Shown here in pieces: positions 16,944-26,205 of a stretch of DNA of 31,891 nt (positions are counted from its first letter, which is position 1; each line of letters starts with the position of its first letter). A program made the translations under genes and the position numbers. A model generated the notes under the pieces. That model ran no database searches and was not told the origin of the DNA. It worked only from the letters and a program-made list of their open reading frames with translations. Source of the stretch: Candidatus Nomurabacteria bacterium (GTDB lineage Bacteria; Patescibacteriota; Minisyncoccia; Phycocordibacterales; UBA918); NCBI GenBank assembly GCA_943359405.1, contig CALRHO010000001.1, positions 1 through 31,891 of the forward strand. Reading direction: 5' to 3'.

Positions 16944-17912
16944 TTACGTGGTGGCCGTCTCAACCAAATGCCGAATGAGCTGCTTTAAATCACTGCCAAC
17001 AGCTCGCATGGCTTTGGGAAAAAGTGATTCTGAAGTCAGACCGGGCAGAGTGTTTACCTCGAGAAAGTACGGCTTACCATCGCGCAAGATGAAGTCACTG
17101 CGCGAATACTGAGAAAGACCAAGCTGCTCATGGACAAAGCGTGCCAACTCCTCAATTTGGGCTTTTTCGTGGTATGTAAATCGTGCCGGAACAATCTCCT
17201 TGGTCGATCCGTTGTACTTGACATCGGCCCGAAAGAAAACTGCTTCTTCGGGTGGTACTATTTCAATCACCGGCAGTGAGTATACTCGCTCGCCTCGGTA
17301 TCCTTCGAGTACCCCGCACGTGGCTTCCCTACCTCGAATGTATTCCTCAACCATAACTTCTCCAGACTGCGTGAGGGCGTCACGGAGTGCCTGTGGCAAC
17401 AGGGCGGCGTCACGGACAAACATCGTGCCGACCGATGAGCCACTCGCTACCGGCTTGATGATGTATTGAGGGCCAAACTCATGAACAATCGCGGCTGCCT
17501 CGGCCTCAAGATCTTCGCTGTGCGTTCCCGACACGCGACGATGAGCGGCCATCTTCACTCCATGGGCACGGAGTGATTCTTTGGTGAGGATTTTGTTAAA
17601 TGCGAGTGCTGACGGAAATGATCGACTACCCGTAAATGGAATGCCTAAACGCTCTACAATGCGCTGCACCGTGCCATCCTCACCAAATGCACCATGGAGC
17701 GCTAGAAACGCGACATCAATCGCTGCTAGCGCCTGCTGTGGGCTGCGCACAAATCCCTGGTCAAGCCACTCTCCCTGTCGGGTTATGACAATATCCTTTA
17801 CGGTGTACCCAAGCTCGCGCAACGCCAAAAGCGCGCTCGCCCCTGTTTGCATTGACACGTCATACTCTGCACTCGGGCCCCCACGCAAAACTGCTACTCG
17901 TTTGTAGCTCAT
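16944..17912 (-). CDS. ddl: D-alanine--D-alanine ligase
   Basis: Start MSYKRVAVLRGGPSAEYDVS. ALHGAFGEDG, IIKPVASGSSVG, VKY omega loop, LEVNTLPGLT. Confidence 0.96.
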   Translation of the reverse strand: MSYKRVAVLRGGPSAEYDVSMQTGASALLALRELGYTVKDIVITRQGEWLDQGFVRSPQQALAAIDVAFLALHGAFGEDGTVQRIVERLGIPFTGSRSFPSALAFNKILTKESLRAHGVKMAAHRRVSGTHSEDLEAEAAAIVHEFGPQYIIKPVASGSSVGTMFVRDAALLPQALRDALTQSGEVMVEEYIRGREATCGVLEGYRGERVYSLPVIEIVPPEEAVFFRADVKYNGSTKEIVPARFTYHEKAQIEELARFVHEQLGLSQYSRSDFILRDGKPYFLEVNTLPGLTSESLFPKAMRAVGSDLKQLIRHLVETATT

Positions 17913-17935
17913 AGGTAAACATTCTAGCACAGGCC

Positions 17936-19204
17936 CTAGCCGTGACCACGTTTCTGTTTGCGCGGAGCGACAAAGGTCTTCGTCCGACGGTCACGATGAA
18001 AGGCCAGCGAAAATCGGTGTGCCTCAGCGTTAGCGTGGAGGATTTCTAGTTTATGTGTGCGTACAAACGGACTGCTGCCGAGGATGTCTTTCGGTTTATG
18101 CAGACTATCCTTTACCACCGCCACCACGGGAATGAAGCACCCCTGCTGACGCAGGATCAGCTCGGCCGCGTTCTTTTGTGCTACTCCGCCATCTACCACA
18201 ATCAGAGTCGGAAACGGCCACTCCGGATGCTGCAGCCGACGTGAGAGCAGTTCACGTAGTGCCGCTGGATCATGTGCATCAGTGAGGCTCTTGATACCAA
18301 ACTTACGGTAGTCACTCTTTTTTGGTTGTCCATCCTCGATGACTGTCATGACACCCACCATGTCTTTACCACCAAAATGAGCAACATCGTAGGCTTCAAT
18401 GCGCAGAGCGGCACGACCAGCAAAACTATCAATTTCAGTTTTGATGAGTGCCACGTCCTGTATGTGCTGCAGTGCAAAGACACGTTTTTTGAGCACATGG
18501 GCGTCTTCGAATCGTTCAGCCTTGGCTAGCCGAATCATGTCACGCTCTAGTTCGGTAATGAGCTGCTTTTTCTTGCCCTGAAAGAATAATTTGATATGCC
18601 GTATTGTGCGTAAGTAATTGGTGCGCTCGCTAGCCTTTGGGTACAGGCCGATTTGGCGATTGAAGTCAATTTTTCCGCGCTCAAGCTTACTCTTCTCGCT
18701 ACCCACTGGTATGGGTGTATCGTAAAATTGGAATAATCGACGAACAATCTTCAGTGCCTCACGAAATAAGGTACTGCTGGGAAATGGTCCAAAGTGATAC
18801 TGGATATCTTTTGGAGCAAATCGTTCGTGTAAATCCTTACCACGAACCACCAGCACCCGTGGCCACTCCTCGGCCGTAATGACCAGGTGGTTGTAACTCT
18901 TGTCATCTTTACTCCGGGTATTGTATCGCGGCTTATGCGTGCGAATGAGGTTGGTTTCAAGAATGAGAGCCTCGAGGACACTTTCGGTCTCTGACCAAGT
19001 AATAGACGTCGCTTCAGCGACCATGTTTTCTATGAGCTGACTCCTCTTCTCTTTCAGGTCAGCAGCAAAGTAGCTACGTATCCGGCTCTTTAAGGTGGTA
19101 GCCTTCCCAATGTAGAGCAGTCGGTGCTTTGGCCCGTAAAAAAAATATACCCCTGGCTTACTCGGTATATTTTGATGCTGAATTTTAAACTCCTCGTAAG
19201 TCAT
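17936..19204 (-). CDS. uvrC: UvrC excinuclease, shortened (GIY-YIG + UVR + RNase H-like; no C-terminal HhH)
   Basis: PGVYFF...LYIGKA...RIRSYF...ALILETNLI; RIEAYDVAH; IVVDGG; EAHRFS near the C-terminus. Confidence 0.93.
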   Translation of the reverse strand: MTYEEFKIQHQNIPSKPGVYFFYGPKHRLLYIGKATTLKSRIRSYFAADLKEKRSQLIENMVAEATSITWSETESVLEALILETNLIRTHKPRYNTRSKDDKSYNHLVITAEEWPRVLVVRGKDLHERFAPKDIQYHFGPFPSSTLFREALKIVRRLFQFYDTPIPVGSEKSKLERGKIDFNRQIGLYPKASERTNYLRTIRHIKLFFQGKKKQLITELERDMIRLAKAERFEDAHVLKKRVFALQHIQDVALIKTEIDSFAGRAALRIEAYDVAHFGGKDMVGVMTVIEDGQPKKSDYRKFGIKSLTDAHDPAALRELLSRRLQHPEWPFPTLIVVDGGVAQKNAAELILRQQGCFIPVVAVVKDSLHKPKDILGSSPFVRTHKLEILHANAEAHRFSLAFHRDRRTKTFVAPRKQKRGHG

Positions 19205-19413
19205 TTGACAAAATATTATAGCGTGTTGCTATCGCCTTCGCAATGGCCTGGCACGGTAGGAGTGGGCTTCGCTCGCTGGGCACGTTTATTATGAATGATA
19301 GTTCAAATTTGTTACAGGAGCAGATATAACGTAGTGCTCGCCCGCAAGAGTACACCGTCATAGTCACGAACAGATCAAACAACCGCTGTCGTGGTCATCG
19401 TGATGTTCGGGTG

Positions 19414-22065
19414 TTATTGTGCGAGTATACGCTTAAGGTACCGTCCCGTGTGTGACTTTGCACTGCGAGCGACCTCTTCAGGCGTTCCCTTTGCCACGAT
19501 ATCTCCACCACCTACCCCACCCTCCGGGCCGATATCAATCAAGTAATCCGCACACTTTATGAGATCAAGGTTATGTTCTATCACCATGACGGTGTTTCCC
19601 TTGTTTACCAACTGTTGAAGAATTTCGATGAGTTTTTTCACATCGTCATAGTGAAGACCAATAGTCGGTTCATCGAGAAGGTATATGGTTTTCTGCGTGT
19701 GCGGTTTGTAGAGTTCGGAGGCGATTTTAACCCGTTGTGCCTCACCACCAGAAAGGGTCGTCGCGCTCTGTCCTAATTGTAGGTAACCCAAACCTACGTC
19801 CAAGAGTGTCTTGAGACGTTCTTCAATAGAGGGTACATCCTTAAAAAAGGCATGCGCCTCTTCAATGGTCATGTGTAAAATCTGATCGATGTTCTTCCCT
19901 TTGTAGGTAACCTCCAGTGTCTCCTTGGTGAAGCGTTTCCCGTCGCAGACATCGCAGGTGACAAACACCGTCGGTAAAAAATGCATTTCCACCGCAATTT
20001 CACCATTACCTTGGCAGGCTTCACAGCGACCGCCTTTAACGTTAAAGCTAAAACGCCCTGACTTCCAGCCGCGTGCTCGCGCTTCGCCAGTAGCCGCAAA
20101 GAGGTCTCGGATGTGCGTAAAGGCACCGGTGTAAGTAGCAGGATTGCTGCGCGGGGTGCGCCCAATCGGTGACTGGTCAATGAGTACCGAACGACCGAGA
20201 TACTCAGTACCAGAAAAACTACTGCAATTGTAGGTGTGTGGCGTACGAAAACGCTTTTCAAGTCGTGACTTAAGATTACGATCTATGATGTCATACATGA
20301 ACGTTGACTTACCTGAGCCCGAAACACCCGTTACGCATACCAGTCGACCGAGAGGAATATCGACATTGAGGTTCTTGATGTTATTGGCTTTGCCACCACG
20401 GATTTTGATACTTCCCCGCTCTGCCTCACGACGATCGGGTATCTCAATACGTTTTTCACCACGCAAGTAAGCCAACGTGGCAGACCCCGATATATTCTTG
20501 GGTGCCTTTAGTAGTTTCTCGATGTAGTCAGCGACGACAATCGTACCACCATGGACACCGGCGCCCGGACCCACATCAACAATGTAGTCAGACGCTAAAA
20601 TCGTGTCCTCATCGTGCTCCACGACCACAATGGTATTTCCTAGGTTTCTGAGCTCTTCAAGCGTTTTGATCAGACGGTCATTATCGCGCTGATGGAGACC
20701 AATCGTTGGTTCGTCAAGAACATACAGTGCGCCCACCAAACCAGATCCGAGCTGCGAAGCCAAGCGTATGCGCTGTGCTTCTCCACCCGAAAGCGTGTTG
20801 GCCCGACGGTCTAGCGTTAAATATTCAATACCTACGTTCTGCATGAACTCCAATCGCTCTATGATTTCACGCAGGGCTGGCCAGGCAATGTCTTGTTGCT
20901 TCTTTGAGAGCGTAAGCCCGGCAATGAACGCTCCGGCCTCCTTTACCGTCATGGCAGTGAACCCAACAATGTTCACCCCCAAATCCTTCTTACCATCACC
21001 GCCAAGGTACACGCGCAGTGCTTCCGGTCGCAACCGTGCTCCCCGACAAGCCGGGCATTCGTCACTCTGAAAGATACCAACCACGCCCAGCCCATTACAT
21101 TCAGGACAAGCACCGTAGGGTGAGTTAAAGGAAAATAGTCGCGGCTCAACCTCAGGAAATGATGAACCATCAACGGGACAAATAAACTTTGCAGAGAGGG
21201 TTCGATCACTTCCGTCCGGACTTTGCACTTTCACCAGACCACCCGACTCACGCAGCGCGAGCTCTACTGCCTCCGAGAGACGCTCGCGAGAGCCTTTAGG
21301 ATCATCACGGAACTCACTGACATAAATCTCGTCTATGAGTACGTCAATATCATGGCGTTTGGTCTTGGTCAGCTCAATCCGACTTCGTAGCTGCTTGATC
21401 TGCCCGTCAATTTTTACCGTTTCGTAGCCTTTGCCGAGTAAGTCGTAGAGGAGCTGATAGTACTCCCCTTTACGGCCAACTACTACCGGCGCAAAAATCG
21501 CTACCCGCCCTTTTGAGAGCTCAATCCCGAGCACCTGTTGAGCGTCTTTTTTGGCTGTTTCTATTTCGCGATCTTCAATAGACTTAAGAACCATGCCCAA
21601 AATCTCATCTTGAGATAACTTTTGAATGGGTACATCAACATCAAGACAGTACGGTTGGCCAACCCGTGCATAGAGAATGCGCAGATAATCGTAAATCTCT
21701 GTGATTGTAGCAACCGTTGACCGGGGATTCCGTGAGGCGGACTTCTGATCAATGGAAATAGCCGGTGAGAGACCAGCGATTTCGTCAACATCCGGCTTCT
21801 GCATTTTATTGAGAAATTGTCGAGCGTAAGGCGACAGTGACTCAACATACCGTCGCTGACCTTCGGCAAAAATGGTGTCAAAAGCGAGTGATGACTTCCC
21901 CGAACCAGAGGGGCCGGTGACTGCAATCATCGCGCCGCGTGGCATTTCTACAGTGATGTTTTTGAGGTTATGGGTACGGGCACCGCGCACCACAATTTTA
22001 CCGGCATGATTGCCGGGTTGCTCTTCCCACGCTGTCTTGGTTTTTTTTGGTGGTGGTTTTGACAC
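19414..22065 (-). CDS. uvrA: UvrA excinuclease ATPase, lacking the insertion domain
   Basis: Two ABC modules (GPSGSGKS / [12 protein letters not shown]; GVSGSGKS / [12 protein letters not shown]) and a C-terminal Zn finger. Start GTG 22065 or TTG 22071 is uncertain. Confidence 0.97.
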   Translation of the reverse strand: MSKPPPKKTKTAWEEQPGNHAGKIVVRGARTHNLKNITVEMPRGAMIAVTGPSGSGKSSLAFDTIFAEGQRRYVESLSPYARQFLNKMQKPDVDEIAGLSPAISIDQKSASRNPRSTVATITEIYDYLRILYARVGQPYCLDVDVPIQKLSQDEILGMVLKSIEDREIETAKKDAQQVLGIELSKGRVAIFAPVVVGRKGEYYQLLYDLLGKGYETVKIDGQIKQLRSRIELTKTKRHDIDVLIDEIYVSEFRDDPKGSRERLSEAVELALRESGGLVKVQSPDGSDRTLSAKFICPVDGSSFPEVEPRLFSFNSPYGACPECNGLGVVGIFQSDECPACRGARLRPEALRVYLGGDGKKDLGVNIVGFTAMTVKEAGAFIAGLTLSKKQQDIAWPALREIIERLEFMQNVGIEYLTLDRRANTLSGGEAQRIRLASQLGSGLVGALYVLDEPTIGLHQRDNDRLIKTLEELRNLGNTIVVVEHDEDTILASDYIVDVGPGAGVHGGTIVVADYIEKLLKAPKNISGSATLAYLRGEKRIEIPDRREAERGSIKIRGGKANNIKNLNVDIPLGRLVCVTGVSGSGKSTFMYDIIDRNLKSRLEKRFRTPHTYNCSSFSGTEYLGRSVLIDQSPIGRTPRSNPATYTGAFTHIRDLFAATGEARARGWKSGRFSFNVKGGRCEACQGNGEIAVEMHFLPTVFVTCDVCDGKRFTKETLEVTYKGKNIDQILHMTIEEAHAFFKDVPSIEERLKTLLDVGLGYLQLGQSATTLSGGEAQRVKIASELYKPHTQKTIYLLDEPTIGLHYDDVKKLIEILQQLVNKGNTVMVIEHNLDLIKCADYLIDIGPEGGVGGGDIVAKGTPEEVARSAKSHTGRYLKRILAQ

Positions 22066-22110
22066 ATTCAACTCATCTAACCCTGATCAGTGTCGCGATT
22101 ATAGCGCAAT

Positions 22111-23442
22111 TTATCGTTTTTTAAAACGCATCACTACATGAGTCCCTACCCCCTTTATAGACTCAACGCCAATAGTCCCGCCCAATTGTTCCACCAAGAG
22201 TTTGGTAATCCACATACCAAGACCACTACCCGTAACTGCCCGGGAAGCAGAGTCACCGACTCGTGAAAATGGTGCAAACAAACGCTTTTGATCATCTGCA
22301 CTAATTCCAAATCCAGTATCCTTAATACGCACTTCCACCGCGTACGTCTCGTCTACCACAACCACTTCTACGTGCCCCTGTGACGTGTATTTAATGGCAT
22401 TACTTACTAGATTGGTGAGGGCTTGCACCAGTAGTTTTTGATTGCTGGGGATAGTGATTGGTACATGTGTCGAACGTACTGATAGGGTCAGATGTTTTTC
22501 GTGGGCCATCGGCTCCAGCTCTTTAACTACCTCCTGGACAACTGCTACCACATCTAGTGGTGCTCGTACTAAGGTTGCAGCACCACTGCTCAAACGTGTG
22601 ACCTCCAGGTAATCGCTAACTAGTGCTGCCAGGCGCACTGCGGAGCGTTTTATCTGTTCGGCATGATTTCGTATGTGAACTGGTATGGTGGTATCCTCTT
22701 CAATCATGCTTGCATACCCACGCATTGCCGTGAGGGGTGCTCGCAGCTCATGTACCACGGTACTGGTAAAGCGCTCCTGCATGCGCAACTGCTTGGTTAC
22801 CTCCTCAAAGCGTCCGCGGTAGTCAATTTGGCGGGCCATCCAATAGGCAAAGCAGATGATGACGATAATCACGAAGGCGACAAGCGCGAAGGTTTCATAG
22901 AGACGTTGTTCCAGACGATCGTCAAGGAGCGACATATCATGCACTGTTTCAAGTACTGCCAAGTTGCCCGCAACAGTTAGTGACCGGTACGTGTACCACG
23001 TGCGTTTTCCAGCAACCAAAAACTCAAACACGAACGTCTCATCTGGCCGGCCCTTTACAAGACCAACAAATTCAGCCCGCTCACTGGCTACACTGGTGCT
23101 CGTGGCGAACAGGTCAACCGAAATCAGTCCTGTAGTGTCCTCACTATCACTAATCAATCTGGTTGCTGTAAGCCCTGGTTGTTCCCGCAGAAACTCACGT
23201 GTGAGTTGCGTTGGTAATGGTACCGGGGACAGCAATAAATCACGAGCTGCATCATGGAGCGCTGTGATTCGTGACTTCTCAGCACTCACCATACTTGCAG
23301 TGGCACTGGTCATGGTGGCCTGGGCACTCACGAGCACAAGCGCAGGCAGAACAACGGTGAGCAGAGCTACAAACCACAACTCCGAATGCCGTCGCATATG
23401 CCCCCATCCTCGTCTGAGTATCAAGAGCAGTGACCGTATCAT
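22111..23442 (-). CDS. Membrane sensor histidine kinase (2 TM, HisKA + HATPase_c), no adjacent response regulator
   Basis: VVHELRAPLT H-box, NLVSNAIKYT, DTGFGIS, LFAPF, GSGLGM. Confidence 0.95.
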   Translation of the reverse strand: MIRSLLLILRRGWGHMRRHSELWFVALLTVVLPALVLVSAQATMTSATASMVSAEKSRITALHDAARDLLLSPVPLPTQLTREFLREQPGLTATRLISDSEDTTGLISVDLFATSTSVASERAEFVGLVKGRPDETFVFEFLVAGKRTWYTYRSLTVAGNLAVLETVHDMSLLDDRLEQRLYETFALVAFVIIVIICFAYWMARQIDYRGRFEEVTKQLRMQERFTSTVVHELRAPLTAMRGYASMIEEDTTIPVHIRNHAEQIKRSAVRLAALVSDYLEVTRLSSGAATLVRAPLDVVAVVQEVVKELEPMAHEKHLTLSVRSTHVPITIPSNQKLLVQALTNLVSNAIKYTSQGHVEVVVVDETYAVEVRIKDTGFGISADDQKRLFAPFSRVGDSASRAVTGSGLGMWITKLLVEQLGGTIGVESIKGVGTHVVMRFKKR

Positions 23443-23446
23443 AACG

Positions 23447-26149
23447 CTAGGCGTGCGCCTCGGTGGCGGTATTGGTTGCTTTTATGACGGGTGGTTGGCG
23501 TCGCATAGCGATACCAAAAATGAGCAAGATGAGTCCAAAGGTAAGGACCACCATGGCCATAATCACCTGGTATAGCTGCGTGATTGAAACGGCCGTAGCC
23601 GGGTCCGAGCTCGCTATCGGCTCGGCAGTCGTAGTATCAACTACCGTAAAGGCTGCGGCTTCCTTCACAAAGGTAAAAGGATTACTCTTTGCAATGATAT
23701 CCCCTGTATTATCGGTTATCGCAATGTAGACATCATGCGTGCCATCGGCTAGCTCCTTATCAAACCGGTAGACGAAACTCCCATCGGCTGCAGTTCTCAC
23801 CGTAACAACCGTGGGCGAGCTAAAGATAAAGAGCGTGACAAAACTATTGGGAATCGCAGTGCCGCTAATCTCGGCTTGCACCAGCGGGGTACCCCGTTGC
23901 TCATCAGTTTCAATGACAGGAGTCACCGCTGCGATTGAGAGCACATCATCACGAATGATCCCGAATTCCTTTGGAGATGTATAGGTTAGCACTGCCTCCT
24001 CTGCACTACTGCGCGGGTCAAAACCACGCATCAATTCAGCTCCATCCGAAACACCATCATTGTCTGTATCAAAGCTGGTCGGGCTGGTTTTGTAGAGTGT
24101 GACCTCATCGTAGTCACTAATACCATCGGCATCGAGATCTACCGTTGATTGTTGAGCAGTGCGATCACGCAAGAGGTTCTCGAAGGTCTCGACTCGCTCT
24201 TTAAGTCGAGAAAACTCGTCGAGCAGTGACTGATCAAGATCACTAGCGGTGACTTCATTGTCACTTGTAGTGACCGCCTCCTCGACGAGGCGAGTGCGCT
24301 TCTTGCTTAATTCATCCTCTATGAGCACACGAAGTGCTGGGTCATTGGTCTGCAGGGCCGAAGCATAGCGGGCAAAGAGGTCATTGAGGGAGTCGGCGTG
24401 CTTTGAAAAACTGGCTCGGATGGCCGGTCGAAGTGTCTCCGGAGTGGTGGGTAGTGGCAGCGGCGCTACGACAGGTTGCGTCTCCTCAAGGCCAGGCACC
24501 GGTGGCTGACTGACGCTACCACGCCCACCAACGGAAGTATTCGTAACCGGTGAGAGCGTCTCTACATACGCTTGCCGGTTGGGTAATTCCCCCTCAGCAT
24601 CATCATTTCGTTCTAATGCGCTCGTGGACTCTACTACCGCCCGAGTTTCAGAAGATGTACTAGTAGTCCCAGACAGGTCCTCTCTGGAATTCTCAACAAA
24701 CAGTGGTACCCGGGCGCTATCCTGGGAACCGCGTGGTGACTTTACACTGGCCACCAACACATACGTCCCATTCGGTAATGTTTTTGTATCGTATCGGAGA
24801 AGCCATTCTGTATCCTCAACTCGACGTGCCGACCCAAGCCAAATAGGCGCGGTTGCATTCAGTCGTTGCGCAAAGACTTCAACCGCTTGAGCTGCAGTAG
24901 TGCGCACCCGAAGCGTAATAATTCCGGGTGCTGGACGACTGTACGAGAGCGAGGGCTGCTCAGAGAACCGTGTAGTGGTCGGTGATTCCAAAACTGGCAG
25001 CACCGCTTCAGACGTGCTGTCGGTATCCAGTTCACCATCGGCTGCGGGGAGATTAGCTGTTACCTCAGGCTGTTTCAGCGTTGTCGTACCGACATCAGCT
25101 GTTGGAGCCTGTGTGGTCGACTGGTTATCTGCAGGTTTGGGACTCAGGACTGGCTTTAGGCGAAACCGAGGGCCAGTCATGAGCACTACCTTAGCGTCGC
25201 GCGACGCAACAGCGCGCACACGAATATCATATTCGCCTTCCGAAAGCTGGGCCGCGTCAATAACAAATGTATGGTCGGGTCCGGCTGGCTGACCTACGAG
25301 CATAAGCGGATACTCAAGGCCAGTAGTTCGTGACTCTGCAACCGCTTCTAAATCACTCACATGCTCAGCTCGAACAATGAAAGACGATGTGCTCGAGAGG
25401 ACAGCTGGTGGTTTAGTCAAAAAAGACAGAGCTGGGGACGGTACTCGCTCAGATTTTGTCTCTTTGTGGTCATCATCATCATCATCGTCCTTGTCCTTCT
25501 CCTTCGATTCCGAAGACCCGTTGCGACCCGACGACGTTCCGGCCGTTGCTTCTTGCGCACAATGTCCTGCCTGACAGTTAAGAACAGTTTGGAAGCTCTG
25601 CCAGTCTGGATACACAGCATTCACAAAGGGAATAAGACTAAGTCCACCCAGTGTCGTAAACAGGAGTCCTGCCACCGTACACACTACCCCAACCTTATGG
25701 GGAAAGCGCCCTTGGTACCATTCTCGTAGGGCCGTGGCTTTAGATAGGAGGCGTGCACTGGCACCACTTGGCATTACCACCGCTTCATGAGCTTGATCCA
25801 CTGTGGTTGTGACGGTCTTGGTGCGAGTAGCACGCACGTGGCTTGCCCGTGTGCGGTCAGACGTTACGTCCGAGCTTTTATTACTGACTGGTTCCGGGAT
25901 AGTACTCACGGAAATCCTCCCCGATGGTGCTGCCAGATTCAGACGGGTAGTACGCCCAGTGTGGTTAGCCTCGTTCAATTTGGTACCACGAGAAGTCACC
26001 GCCTTCCGAGTGGTAGTGGATTTTTTTGCTGGTTGTACCAACTCTTTTGACGACAAAAGACCCCGCCGAGCCACTCCTGGCTTCGTGGTTTTCTTCACGC
26101 TCACAGCAACTCGCCGACGCGGTTGCGGACCAACTGGCGGTGATGCCAT
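23447..26149 (-). CDS. Large cell-surface protein: basic disordered N-terminus, TM, Ig-like domains, Ca-binding DxDxDG repeats, C-terminal TM
   Basis: DLDADGISDYDE...DTDNDGVSDGAE; Ig-like ISGTAIPNSFVTLFIFS...GSFVY...GTHDVY; two hydrophobic spans. Confidence 0.8.
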   Translation of the reverse strand: MASPPVGPQPRRRVAVSVKKTTKPGVARRGLLSSKELVQPAKKSTTTRKAVTSRGTKLNEANHTGRTTRLNLAAPSGRISVSTIPEPVSNKSSDVTSDRTRASHVRATRTKTVTTTVDQAHEAVVMPSGASARLLSKATALREWYQGRFPHKVGVVCTVAGLLFTTLGGLSLIPFVNAVYPDWQSFQTVLNCQAGHCAQEATAGTSSGRNGSSESKEKDKDDDDDDDHKETKSERVPSPALSFLTKPPAVLSSTSSFIVRAEHVSDLEAVAESRTTGLEYPLMLVGQPAGPDHTFVIDAAQLSEGEYDIRVRAVASRDAKVVLMTGPRFRLKPVLSPKPADNQSTTQAPTADVGTTTLKQPEVTANLPAADGELDTDSTSEAVLPVLESPTTTRFSEQPSLSYSRPAPGIITLRVRTTAAQAVEVFAQRLNATAPIWLGSARRVEDTEWLLRYDTKTLPNGTYVLVASVKSPRGSQDSARVPLFVENSREDLSGTTSTSSETRAVVESTSALERNDDAEGELPNRQAYVETLSPVTNTSVGGRGSVSQPPVPGLEETQPVVAPLPLPTTPETLRPAIRASFSKHADSLNDLFARYASALQTNDPALRVLIEDELSKKRTRLVEEAVTTSDNEVTASDLDQSLLDEFSRLKERVETFENLLRDRTAQQSTVDLDADGISDYDEVTLYKTSPTSFDTDNDGVSDGAELMRGFDPRSSAEEAVLTYTSPKEFGIIRDDVLSIAAVTPVIETDEQRGTPLVQAEISGTAIPNSFVTLFIFSSPTVVTVRTAADGSFVYRFDKELADGTHDVYIAITDNTGDIIAKSNPFTFVKEAAAFTVVDTTTAEPIASSDPATAVSITQLYQVIMAMVVLTFGLILLIFGIAMRRQPPVIKATNTATEAHA

Positions 26150-26205
26150 TGGTACCAGTATAGCGAACGGATCTCAGTTGAAGGACTCGCTGCTGTCGAT
26201 AAGTA

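Noticed and set aside
17190-17240. Ddl omega loop FFRADVKY as a sign of D-Ala-D-Lac specificity
   Set aside because: The specificity Tyr after Lys (KY) is retained, consistent with an ordinary D-Ala-D-Ala ligase.
19205-19413. 209-bp uvrA-uvrC spacer as an SOS box or ncRNA (cgaaca...tgttcg)
   Set aside because: Half-sites are about 30 nt apart, not N4 as in a Cheo-type box; pairing is weak; the 65-aa ORF has no support.
25470-25486. (TCA)5 microsatellite
   Set aside because: In-frame trinucleotide run encoding the poly-Asp tract; it cannot cause phase-variable frameshifts.
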